A stretch of 64,000 bases of DNA from Octopus sinensis (taxonomy: Eukaryota): positions 62,744,001 through 62,808,000 of the forward strand of contig NC_043007.1 in the NCBI RefSeq assembly GCF_006345805.1, in the 5' to 3' direction. Below the pieces are notes generated by a model that saw only the letters and a program-made list of their open reading frames with translations, did not search any database and was not told the DNA's origin. This document shows positions 40,397-52,569 of this stretch, one piece after another; positions within the stretch are counted from its first letter, which is position 1, and every line of letters begins with the position of its first letter. Made by a program: the position numbers and the translations under genes.

Positions 40397-41852
40397 TATT
40401 TCTTTTAGATTGCCATAAAGGCATTATACAGTGGGGGACACTACAACACATGTGGGGACATATAACAATTAAAAATATAAAAATAAAATGATATAATGAA
40501 TGTCACATGAAAAGGAATATGAAAAACAAATTGAAATATGATAACATGAATGATATATGAAAATGATATGAAGAGTGTGCTATTCACCCCACACTGAATA
40601 ACACGACTCACTGCCTCTGGGTCCTAAGTCCTTTTTCTCCTTCAGTCTAATCCTTTTACCACTTCCTCCATCACTTAGGGACGTCATTCTCTCTGCCATG
40701 CATTCGTAACCTTTCCACTGGCAGGGAGGGGTCTTCTAAATTTTGTGGTGTCTGTTCTTTCTTTTTCTTTTTTTTTTCTTGTGGGGAAATGGGGTGGGTG
40801 GGTTTGGTGTCTGTATGGGGAGGGTGGGTCTGAGTGGTCTTGGGTGGGATAGAGTTGGACTGGGATACCACATCATACTCAGTGTTTTTTTTTCTTTTTT
40901 TCTCTTACTCCTGCTCTCTGTAACTTTCCATTCTTCCTCCTTTTCCTCCTTTCCTCCATCTGTCTTTTCTTCCTCTCTTTTCTCTTCCATCTCCACAACT
41001 GTTTCCTCAGCCATTGCCCTCTGGAGAGGGTAGTATGGTCTAATGTGGCCCTTTTGGCCGCATTTAAAACAATGTGGTACTCTACCCCCTACCCACATCC
41101 TCAGCACAATTTCCCCCAACATCACCGTCTCTGCCAAGTTCTTCAGTTGACCCTCCTCCTTCTGAATAATGAGTTCAAGTGCATCTCCTTTCCACCTTCC
41201 TTCTTCCGTTTCTGAGGCTTGGAGGACAGCCACCTTCTCTTCACTTCCAACAAGGATGGCTGCCACTACCCAAGCTACTTCTATATCCAGTGGAATTGCT
41301 TTTACCCTCACCTTGGAAGTCTTTCTTCCAAGGTGTGTGAGCAGAAGCACTACTTCCTCTGTTTTCACTGCCACACTCACCAGCCTCCTCACCTCCTCTA
41401 CTGTCCTAAATTAAACGACCATTGTCCCATATCTTCTTACTTTGTTATATATACTATCTCCTTTGATCGTTCCCTCAGTGCCTTTTCCGCTTCTACCTCC
41501 ACCTGTTCTGCCTTTTTTCCTTTCAATGAGTACACCTTATAGGTGATCGTTTTCTTCTCCATCCTCTTCATAATTCCTTTGGAGAGTGACAACATTGCTG
41601 CCCACCTTCAGAGCCATCTTCTCGTATTCCTTCAGACCAGCCAAGTCCAGCTCCCTTCGCTTCACTCCCATGGCTTCAGCAAAACTTGTTGCCTTCAACA
41701 CTCCATCCATCTTTATGACTGCCCTTACCAGCTCCTCCTCTGATGATGACAATTCAGACCAGTCAAGGTCTGAGTACATGTTCTAAGCAACACAAAAAAC
41801 TACGTCCAACTCTTACAAAATCCGAGACAGCAAATAACTCGACGCATGTGCA
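40397..41852 (-). mobile_element. ORF1-only (HAL1-like) non-autonomous retroelement with a Gag-type zinc knuckle, flanked by a 14-bp TSD
   Basis: GAAGCAAGCTTCTT at 40383-40396 and 41853-41866. A disrupted reading frame runs from ATG 41779 to ~40700 and includes HLGRKTSKVRVKAIP and CFKCGQKGHIRPYYP. No APE or RT sequence lies between the TSDs. Confidence 0.75.
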
Positions 41853-42662
41853 GAAGCAAGCTTCTTGCCACACACATACATACATCTTAGCTGCTTTCTT
41901 GTACATGAGCAAAGCCATTGCTAGAAAGAATCACTGAAATGAGTCAATGTAAGATTTGACTTTTGTTTCAAAGCAGTCAAGCAACAGTAGAAAGGTCTTC
42001 TCATTGGCTCAATTCTAGTGCAGTGGTGGGGAGAAGCTGTGGTTGGTTAGAGGGTCCATTGAGAAGCAGAAAAAGTGCATAACCCTTTTACAGTGGAAAT
42101 CAGATGTATTTACTCAAAATTTCATCACCCTTAACTGTAGAGAGCCGTTTCATATACCAATTAATCTTTTGTTGGGGAATATCATGTTTGTTACAATATG
42201 TCGAGTTTAGTGAGGCTTATAGAAAATACCAATTCTATTTTTTAATAGATATTCAACATCATTGCTGAAATAACTGTGAAATTTAATTTTGCTGTCAAAA
42301 GAATCAAGTTTGGTATCTATTCAAACTGCACTGAATACCGACATTAATTTTTGACTTATAACGAAGGTAATCAAATTAATACCAGTCATCATTCAACCTA
42401 TCCTCTGCTACACCATTGTCAGTAGCAACAGTGGAAGCATCATGCAAAAGATCTAGCAAGCTGCATACTTTTCCACCCCTTTGTGTCTCATCTCTTGGAT
42501 TCTATGATTAACAGTTTTCCCCCCACCTTCCTTACTAAAGCTATATCTTCTGGAATTCCCTGTTAACCAGTGTTTTTTTTTCTTATAGCAGACATTGATG
42601 TAAGCATAACTGAAGTACAAGCATGTTTACGAGATGCAAGCATGGCTATGATGCACAGTGTC

Positions 42663-42751
42663 TGTTGTGAGGCACAGCCTTTGTTGTTAGGCACGGTCTT
42701 TGTTGCAAGGCACAGTCTTTGTTGTGAGACACAGTCTTGATTGTGAGGTGC
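42663..42751. repeat. 19-bp minisatellite, ~4.7 copies
   Basis: TGTTGTGAGGCACAG(C/T)CTT-like units at 42663, 42682, 42701, 42720 and 42739. Confidence 0.85.
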
Positions 42752-42986
42752 AAGAATGGCTTTCAGATGAAGACATGGCTATTAGATAAGCTATGTAATT
42801 TATCATGAATGCTAAGAATATTTTTCTGAATGCTATTACGAATGCTAGAGGATGTCTTTACATGCAGTATAAAAACCTTGCTATTTGAATCAGAGGTTAA
42901 ACATCAGTACTTGACCTAACACAATAAAAGATTGGTAAAACAATACCAAAAAAACATGAGAATACCATACAATAATGTCATGCTAC

Positions 42987-43809
42987 TTTGTAAAGTTGAG
43001 TGTTGAGACTGCATCACTTAGCTGATCTAGAGAAGATTCCTTCCTTAGTTTTATTTCCTTATCACAGATTCTGTCTAATAAATTTGTTTTTAAACTCTCT
43101 ATAGCTTTGCCATCTCTTAGTTCTATTATTTCTGTATGTAAACATTTTAGTTTAATGTCAAATAATATTGGGGAGAAGTTATATATTTTTTTCTTTTTCA
43201 ATCTCTATCTGATTATTTATTTTTATTCATTCTATGTCATCAAATGTATTGCTGTGCATATGGGATGATGATTTTATGGGTTCTGGTTGTCTTCTTCTGA
43301 AAACATTTATAATGAAATTGACACACAACATATATGTATGTACACACACACACACACAAACACATGTACATTCTATACACTATTTGCAGAAATTATCACC
43401 ATATAGAAGTTACCCAAAACTCATTTATTTCTCTGCTAATCTTGAAAAGTATTAAAGGGGAAAAATAAGATATTAAATGCTGCTACCACTGCTGCTGCTG
43501 CTGCTAATGATGATGATGATGAAAAGTAAAGATGGGCAGGAATATAAAATCTGAATCTGTAAGCAGTGCCAAATGTTAAGAATTAGGATTCCTTTTCATT
43601 GGTCAGAAAGAATTTTTGGAACTCCTACATATTACTGATATTTTTCATATCTGACTTTGAATTCTTTGCAACAAAAAAATAATGTTTATATCGTTAGACT
43701 TGAATTTAGATCTATGAGACATTCCTTTAAGTACTGAATATATAAACAATAAATACTGTCAATGCTGCCACCATCACTTCCACTACTACTGATACTACTG
43801 CTGCAGCTG

Positions 43810-43842
<33 letters not shown>

Positions 43843-43850
43843 AAAATAAA

Positions 43851-43904
<54 letters not shown>

Positions 43905-44437
43905 CTTTTCTATTCTAGGCATAAGGTCCAAAATTTTGGGGGAGGGGGTCCAATCAATTAGATCGACCTCAGTATGCAACTGGTACTTAATTTATTGACC
44001 TCCCAAAAGGATGAAAGGCAAACACGACCTTAGCAGAATTTGAATTTAGAACATAAAGACAGACAAAATACCTATTTCTTTACTACCCACAAGGGGCTAA
44101 ACACAGAGGGGACAAACAAGGACAGACAAACGGATTAAGTCGATTAAATAAGTACCAGTTACGCACTGGTGCGTAACTGGTACTTATTTAATCGACCTCG
44201 AAAGGATGAAAAGCAAAGTTGACCTCGGCGGAATTTGAACTCAGAACGTAGCGGCAGACGAAATACCGCTAAGCATTTCGCTCGGTGTGCTAACGTTTCT
44301 GCTAACAAAAGGATCGATCTAACTCTTCACAAAGGTACATAAGCAATATGAAGAGCATGATGCAAGCTGTCAAAATATTGTCCAACCAATAAAATATCTA
44401 TTGCAATCACATCACTCTCTTCGTATTGTTAATAATA

Positions 44438-44498
<61 letters not shown>

Positions 44499-45930
44499 TA
44501 AAATGCCCTGACGCAGTACCAGGCAGTGGCTCTCATGGCTTCTGATCTTAACTGATTGGAAGTGTTATCATGTACATTGTTTTGTCTTGGTATAAAAGAT
44601 GGGCTACAGCAAATATTCTGTTCAATACCACAGATTTGCTTGTCAGTTGTTTGACCGTAACCAGTTGAGCATGTCCCTTAGTGGCTGATGATATGTGCAT
44701 CTCTGATCATGAGCAGAAGTAGTGGGGGAGCATCATAGCCATGTGTTGAGAGGGATTCTTTGGGGTTAGAATAATTCACCTTTGGAAACATGGGTGTTTC
44801 GTTCAACATCCTTAAACAACCCTTATTCAGGGACCTTTTGAGCGGGATGGGTTACTCGACCAGAAGAAAATTCTAACAGGGCCCCACCTGCAAGGTCATG
44901 TGCTGTTTATCTTGATATAAGATCACCATGTCGCGCACATATGGTTGTGATGCATGTGCCTAGTGTACCCTTATCAGATGGGTAGTCATGATGGGTATAC
45001 TGGGCTTCGTATATTTTAATACAGTTCTATATTTAAGAGATGAGGAATTATGTCCATTATTTACATTTGACAGATATTTGTCCTCATATTGTTTTGGCTG
45101 ATATACCTTCCAGCCTTCATCAGGTGTCTTGAGGAAATTTCAAACCTAAGGTATTTTTCGATGTAATTATTATTATTATTATTTAGGCCACTGCCTGGAA
45201 TCGAACTCGGGTTAGTAGCCCACATTTTTAACTACTATGTCATATGTTCGTGGGCAATTATGGAGTGAATTTTAGGGCTTATAAATCTAATATTTTTCTA
45301 TCCTTCCTTAATACCGGTTCCCATATGTTATTCAGATCTGCACTCTGTCTGCTTAGGAGGTTGTTGTGTCCTAGCATATGTGCTGCTTCTTTTAGTTTTC
45401 ATATTTTCCAGTGGTGTTCTCTGTTTATTATTCTAACTTCATCCCACAGGGAGAGGTGGTCTTTGTGTTTCCATACATGAACAGCTATACCCAATTTATC
45501 AATATCTCCTCGTGTCATAGCTTTGCGATGTTCCTCTACCCTTATTTTGAGGGGGCGGCATGTTCCGCCTTTGTATAACCTACCACAGTTGCATGGGATG
45601 GAGTACACGCAGTTTTTGGTCATATTCTCTTCTATTGGTGGATTTACTTGAAGGAGATATTTGCAAAGTGTTGTATTACTCTTGAATACTGTCCTGATGT
45701 CATATGGGCTGCATATCTTTTGTATCTTTTCAGAGAGGCCTTTCACAGAGGGTAGACAGACTGTGGACAGTTTATTGGTTTCATCCTCGCTTTTCTTCAT
45801 AATTGGAGTGGATAGTATGTTTTTGGGGTAGCTGCTGCTTAATAGATTGTTACTGAGCTCGATTATTTCATTAAGAACATGAGCTACTAACCCCAAGATT
45901 CAGAGTTCGATTCCAGGCAGTGACCTGAAT

Positions 45931-45967
<37 letters not shown>

Positions 45968-47441
45968 GCAACAACAACAACAACAACAATAGCAACAACA
46001 ACAACAACGGCAACAACAACAATAATAATGGTTTCAAATTTAGGCACAAGGCCAGCAATTTTGGAGAAGTGGGTAAGTCAATTACATCAACCCCAGTGCT
46101 CAACTTGTACTTAATTTATCAACCTCAAAAGGATGAAAGGCAAAAATCGACCTCAGTGGAATTTATACTCAGAACATAAAGACTGACAAAAAATTATATA
46201 TTCACTAATTACAGTTGTAACCAAATTTGTATAACATGTTAATCTCTACATTACTTGTTATCCAGTGATTTTTTTCCCCTTCATAGTCTCGAGAATCAAT
46301 CACATCAGCTACCACTCTCTAATGATATTAATTGAACTATAATTTCTGTTTCTTTAGAGCACTATTGTCCAGTTTTTTTCTGTCCTTTAATCAGTTGTGA
46401 CAATCCATAAATATTATTGTTAATAATCCATTAATCACATCACTTTCCAGAATTATTCTGCAATTTAATCTCCAAAGCATTTGTAATTCACTGACCTTTA
46501 TACAGCAATGTCCTAGAATCAATTACATTTCAAGCCACTGTTATTTTCATACAATAAATACAAGACACTAAGACACAACTTCTGCTGATCATGCTTTTTG
46601 AAGCTTCTTGTGGAAACCAATGGAAAACTAAACTGCAGTTATTTTCATCAGCCTTTATTTTACCAGAATTGATTAATAGGCAGATGATTCTTTCAACTTG
46701 CTATAGGTGTATCATCATCATCATCATCATCATCATTGTCATTGGTGTCATCATCAGCATCATCACTGCCATTGTCACCACCATCACCATTACTGCTATT
46801 GCTGTCACAACCAACACCACCACCACTATCATTGTCCACTTTCTTTGCCTGTTTTTGCATGCTGGCATGAGTAAGACAGGCCATCACAGTTCAAGCCAGT
46901 TCTTATTTGGAGTTACTGTCTCCCTAGATTGATTAGAGAACCATGTGTTGCTTGTCCATTCTAATTTTGGTTTAGTTTCTATAGCTGGATGTTCTTTATA
47001 CCCCCAATCACTTTACTATCTGTATTTCGTTGTGGTACCAACATTAGAGAAAATATGTCCTTGGAAAGACCAAAGAGTCTTCTCATCTGTTCATTACTTC
47101 TATTCATTCACTAACCACATTACAGAGTGTACTGAGTGCATTTTGTGGTTGCACCAGCACTAATGAGGTTGTCTTGTACCCTGCAAGACTTAAAGAACCA
47201 TTTCTGTTCTATGTTATCTCTGTTAATTCAAAACAATATGCCTAAGAGCGTGAATAGAAAAGAGGGGGATGATAGAAAGCAGATAAACTAGGGTGAAAGA
47301 GTTAAAGAAAGAAGAGTGAATGGGGATGGATGGATAAGATAGTAGAGGAAGAAATGATGGAAGAGACAGTGCTGAGAGAGTGGGGTAATAATGGGGAGAG
47401 AGTAGAAACAGCTAGTAAAGGCAGCAACATGTTTGGTGATA

Positions 47442-47482
<41 letters not shown>

Positions 47483-48240
47483 AGTAAATGAAAGATAGTA
47501 GTAGTAATGGGTGATGGTAAGAGAGAGAGAATGATGGATGCTGATAACAAATGAACTGGAGGAAAGGGAATGGAGGATATAATTACAGAAAGATAATTGT
47601 AATTAATGTAACTTGGTTCAATGCATTCAGCATGTTAGCATTGATCTTAGCATCTTATTTTGTAAGTTTGAAGACTGAGAATATTTTATGGCTGGTGAAT
47701 TGGCAGAGTTGTTAGAGTGTTAGACAGAACAGTATTTGTTTCAGCTCTCTGTCCCTGAGTTCAAATCACGCCTTGTTGAATTTTACCTTTCATCATTTCA
47801 AGTTGAGTAAAAAAAGTACCCATCCAGGATGGTGGATTGACAGAACTGTAAAAACGTCTGATCAGATGCCTTGTGGTATTTGTTCTGATTCTTTACATTC
47901 TGGGTTCAAATCCTTCCATTACCTACAAGGTTGGTAGACTCAGTTTCAACTACCTCCTTGTCCTTGGATGTCTTTGGCAGAGCCCACTTTATTGAAAGTA
48001 CAAGAGTCAGGTCTCTGCTTAAGGGATAACTTCCACCTTTCTACCAACCAGTCTTGGAGGCCCTGTAAAAGGTCATGGGTACTGCTCTTCCCTCCTGACT
48101 AAAAATTTAAAAGTTAAAAAAAGAAAAGAAAAATCTGTTACTTAAATGAATGTAGAGTTAGGCTTTCTGACCCAAAGAAGAGTGAGATATTTACAGACTG
48201 ATCAGTTCTAGAGTTCATGAAAGAGAAAAAATCACTGGAT
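42987..48240 (-). CDS. three phase-compatible candidate exons (48142-48240, 46496-46512, 42987-43131) of an unidentified host gene
   Basis: GT-AG boundaries in non-repeat DNA with phases 2-2, 2-1 and 1-2. Joined: SSDFFSFMNSRTDQSVNISLFFGSESLTLHSFKTLLYKEIIELRDGKAIESLKTNLLDRICDKEIKLRKESSLDQLSDAVSTLNFT. No family recognised. Confidence 0.3.
43905..44305 (-). mobile_element. nested or dimeric SINE family 2 (Tx1-tail variant inside a standard copy)
   Basis: Head, then GGTATTTCGTCTG-body-...GGGTAGTAAAGAAATA, then GGTATTTTGTCTG-body-standard tail and (ATT)n. Confidence 0.8.
45080..45128 (-). ncRNA. degenerate hammerhead motif downstream of a Penelope GIY-YIG ORF
   Basis: CUGAUGA-A-GGCUG-loop-CAGCC-AAAAC (G12 changed to A), on the same strand as and ~150 bp 3' of the Penelope fragment. 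Confidence 0.5.
45270..45870 (-). mobile_element. Penelope-like element 3' fragment with GIY-YIG endonuclease
   Basis: VCLPSVKGLSEKIQKIC, NCVYSIPCNCGRLYKGGTCRPLKIRVEEH and WDEVRIINREHHW. Confidence 0.85.
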
Positions 48241-48394
48241 CTGAAAATAAGGCCTGGTGATGTACTGACTGATATATCCTTTATAGAGCAAGGTGGAGAA
48301 AGTGAACCAGCAAAGAAAACAGGATAGTGATACAGTGCTACTTAGAAAGTGAACCTAAAAGAAGGGGCTATACACTGGGGTACAAATAGCTAAA

Positions 48395-48784
48395 ATGAGC
48401 AAAAAACTGTTACTCTTCTATCCCAGACTGGTCAATAGAAGAGGGCCAATCATTCTTCATGACAATGTTCAACCACACGTTTCACTAATGATGCTTATTC
48501 CTCAGACCTTTCTCCTACCAACTACCACATTTTAAGCACCTTGATGGTTTCCTACAAGAGAAGGAGTTCAAAAATCAAACCAATGCTGAAAGTGCATTCA
48601 AAGAGTTCATCAGCTCCAGAACTCCAGATTTTGATGTTACTGGAATAAACAAACTTGTAACTCATTGGCAAAAATGTGTTGATTGTAATGGTACTTATTT
48701 TGATGAATAAAATTTCCACATTGTTGAAATATATTGTGATGAATTTCATGTTTCAAAATGTTGCTTACTTTTTACTCAGCCTGA
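48395..48784 (+). mobile_element. mariner (Hsmar1-like) transposase 3' fragment with right TIR
   Basis: PRLVNRRGPIILHDNVQPH, YSSDLSPTNYH and GINKLVTHWQKCVDCNGTYFDE*, ending in TIR-like TTACTTTTTACTCAGCCTGATA. Confidence 0.85.
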
Positions 48785-48804
48785 TAGATGATGTACTGAA
48801 TAAT

Positions 48805-48860
<56 letters not shown>

Positions 48861-50919
48861 TCCTGTCTATGTAATGTTGTACTTTAGAATTAGATATAAA
48901 AGGATTTAAATATTCATAATCTTGAGCTATGTACTCTTGCAGATGTAGGAAGAGGTACATAATTAATGATTAATAATATTTCTTTAGCAATGCAAACGGT
49001 TAAGTATTTTACAGAAAGACTTAGTACAACAGCTACAGCAGATATCACAGTTCAGTAATATCATGGTTGAGTGATTAAGGTTTATAAATCTAGATTAATT
49101 GCCATGAGATTTTGGCACTTGGAACCAATGCAGCTGCATTCTAAGGAGATGGGCTATTGTCCAAGATTAAATCCACTTAACTGTTTCTGACAATTTAAGG
49201 CTTTGAGGCAATGGTTCCACAATCTTTTTGACCTTGAGCTGCAATAAATATTAAATAATAAAATGCTGCTATACTGGAGATGAAATTAAGTGAAAAACTC
49301 ACTAGTGCACTTCATATAGAAATTAAAGAAATGTGTTGAAAGATGTGAAGATGCATGGCCTAGTGGTTAGGGTGTTGCATTTTTTAAGATGGGTCTAAAG
49401 TCTTTCTTGGTTTTACTAAAGAACCATGTATAATATATTGTGTTCACTAGGGGGGGGGTAACAAAAGAAGCTAACTTTAAAATAACAATGGAATTTTATT
49501 CCTTTGTAAAGTGGTACAGTGGATCAAGCAAGAAACATTACAACTTCTGGTGATTGTAATTATCCATCATTTGGATAATTCAGCCTGGGTCATTGCTAGT
49601 TATATGTGCTTCTATATATTAATTTTTCTCTGGTCTAAATAATTTGTCATACGAAATTATAGAAAAAGGTTGGCTCCAGAGCACATACTAATTAGTTGAT
49701 TGAAAATGTAATATGCGCAGCATGACTGGACCTTTGATCCAAATCCCATGCAATTCTTCATCAATCACAGCACAGGGCTCAGCCAATGTTCAAAATTCAA
49801 ATGACAGGTAAAACGACCAGTCATTACAGATTAACATGCTGAGCCTATAAAAGGCTGATTGTCTTCAGTGTGCTATAATAGAAATTGGCCTCGTTACACA
49901 CTCATGACCACAAGGTGGTGCATTGTGTTCTTGAGCAAAACAATTAATTTCACATTGCTCCAGTTTACTCAGTTGTAAATGGGTAACCCTGTGACAGATC
50001 AGCATTCCTTTTAGAAGGAACGTTTCCCTGCCCACCTAACCAGTGGGGTGGCATCATTTGAAATCTACAGCAATGCAAGGAAGTGCATAGTGACCACCTG
50101 TGTATTACAGCATCTGATAATCTGGTTGTTACAGCAACACAATGGTATAGTGATGTTCAACAGTAAAAATTAGTAAAGATATAAGAAAATTATAGCTTGC
50201 CTAGTTCTGTTAATCATATTTGTCATATTTGCATATAATAGAATTAAGTTGGCAAATTGATTAGGTGAGTAGTAAAGTTATGGTTATTGTCTAGCTCTCT
50301 TTGTTCTGTGTTGAAATACTACTGAGTTCAACTTTGCTTTCCATTTTTTTTTTTTTTGGTGGAGATGAGGATGGTCAATAAATAAAGTACCATTCCTGTA
50401 CTAAGATAATTTCTTTTCTTTCTATCCTTCTCTCTTTCTTGAAGAAATCAGCTGCTACTAGATGTGAAGAGGGATGGACTCTCCTAGGCCTAATACTCAC
50501 AACATGCTACATGTCACAATAGTATTTCCTTTGACTCCATCAGGAATTGAAGTTCCCAAGGTAAGGTAGGACATATTGAAATTTTATGAATAGCACATTT
50601 TTTTCAAAGTGCTCAACTGTTAACAACATTCATAGATACCCTTAGTAATGTGTAAGAGCAATGCTGTGCACTGTTTGAGAACAACAGATTTCAGCGGTGT
50701 AACAATCCCTAATTTTTTTTTTGTTTTTTACTTTTTTCAGTCAGTAGACTGCAGGCCATACTGGAATTTGAGGAATTTTAGTCAACCCCTATACTTGTTT
50801 ACTTCTTAAACCTGGTACTTATTCTATTGGTCTCCCTTGCCAAAACAATAAGTTATGAGGACACAAACACACAAGTACTGGTTGTCAAGCAGTGGTAGAG
50901 ACAAACACAGACACAAAGA

Positions 50920-51110
50920 TACACACATGCACGCACACACGCACACACACACACGCACACACACACACACACACATAGACACACATACACACACATTCAC
51001 ACACACACATACACACACACTTGCACACACACACGCACACACACACACACGCATGCACATGCACACACACACATGCACGCACACACATGCACACACACAC
51101 ACACAAAACA
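50920..51110. repeat. degenerate (CA)n tract within a SINE
   Basis: Directly visible. Confidence 0.9.
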
Positions 51111-51769
51111 CACAAAATGGGCTTCTTTCAGTTTCTGTCTACCAAACCCACAAGCCTTTTGAAGCTATAGAAGAAAACACTTGCTCAAGATACTATGCAG
51201 TGCAACTGAACCCAGAACCATGTGACTGAGAAGTAAACTCTTTACCACACAGCTACATCTGGGCCTATATATTGTTTAGCATTCCTGCAAAATCACCAAA
51301 CAAAATACAAGTTATAGAAACAATACCTTCAAATTTTGGCACAAGGGGAACAGTTTTAGGGAGTGGAATAAATCAATTATATTGACTCCAGTACCTGACT
51401 GGTATTTCTTTTATCAACTCCCAAAAGGATGAAAGGCAAAGTTGACCATGACAGAATTTGAACTCAGAACATAAAAAGCCAGAAGAAATGCTGTTAAACA
51501 TTTTGTCCGACACATTAGCAATTCTGCCAAATAAACTGCCTTGAAGGGTTTAGTTGATCAAATCAATCCCAGTACCTACTTTATGTTAGTGCTTATTCTA
51601 TTGGTTTCAGTTTTACCAAACTGCTTGGTGTCAGAGATGCTATGTCACTGGTTGGCAAGTGGTAAGAGACAAATGTGCGCGCAAACACACACACACACAC
51701 ACACACACGCACATGCACACACATACAAACACACACACACAACACACAAACACACATACACAGACACAC

Positions 51770-51812
<43 letters not shown>

Positions 51813-52534
51813 AAGAAAGTTAGGGGTTGTGGATCCAACCCACTAAGGGATAATATTTATCCAATATACTGTTGGTATAATACCCAATTATTAATACACA
51901 AGTGTTTTTAATTGCAATGCAATTAACTTACTTATTGTATTAAATGGGTGAAGGTAAAGAAATATTTTACCATTAATTTATATTGCAAATAAGAAAATGG
52001 AGAAGCACATTAGTTGGTTCATCAACTTTAGGACATTTTATATATATATATAATGAGAACCTGCTCTACCCTGACCTCTTCCTCCTTACCCACCCTCATC
52101 TAACATACAGGTGCAACATCCTCCCTTCCTGGGTTTGTGGACTTGCAAGCTACATGGTAATCTCCATAGTGCCAGTGGCACAAAAAGAAAGCACTCAGTA
52201 CACACTGTAAAATAGTTGGCACCAGGAAAGGAATTCAGTCATAGAAACCATGCCAAAGCTGCCACTGGAGTATGATGCAGTCCTTGGCTCACTGCATCCT
52301 TGTCAAACTGTCCAAGCCATGCAAGCATGGAGCATGGACATTAAATGGTGATGATGGTGATAATGATGATGTTGATGATGATGTTGATGATGATGTTGAT
52401 GATGATGTTGATGATCATGATGATCATGATGATAATCATGATGATATATCTGTTCTATTTGTGTGTGTATGTGTGTGTGGGGGGGTGCATGTATGCATGT
52501 GTGTATGCATGTGTGTGTGTGCATGTGTGCACAT

Positions 52535-52569
<35 letters not shown>

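Noticed and set aside
42120-42370. Possible exon KGDEIL on the minus strand
   Set aside because: It lies at the edge of an unclassified repeat-like segment beginning CCCTTAACTG, and all longer frames contain stops.
49770-49870. CCAAT, TATAAAAG and TCAGT, resembling a core promoter
   Set aside because: TATA-to-Inr spacing is ~21 nt rather than ~30, and such motifs are common in AT-rich DNA.
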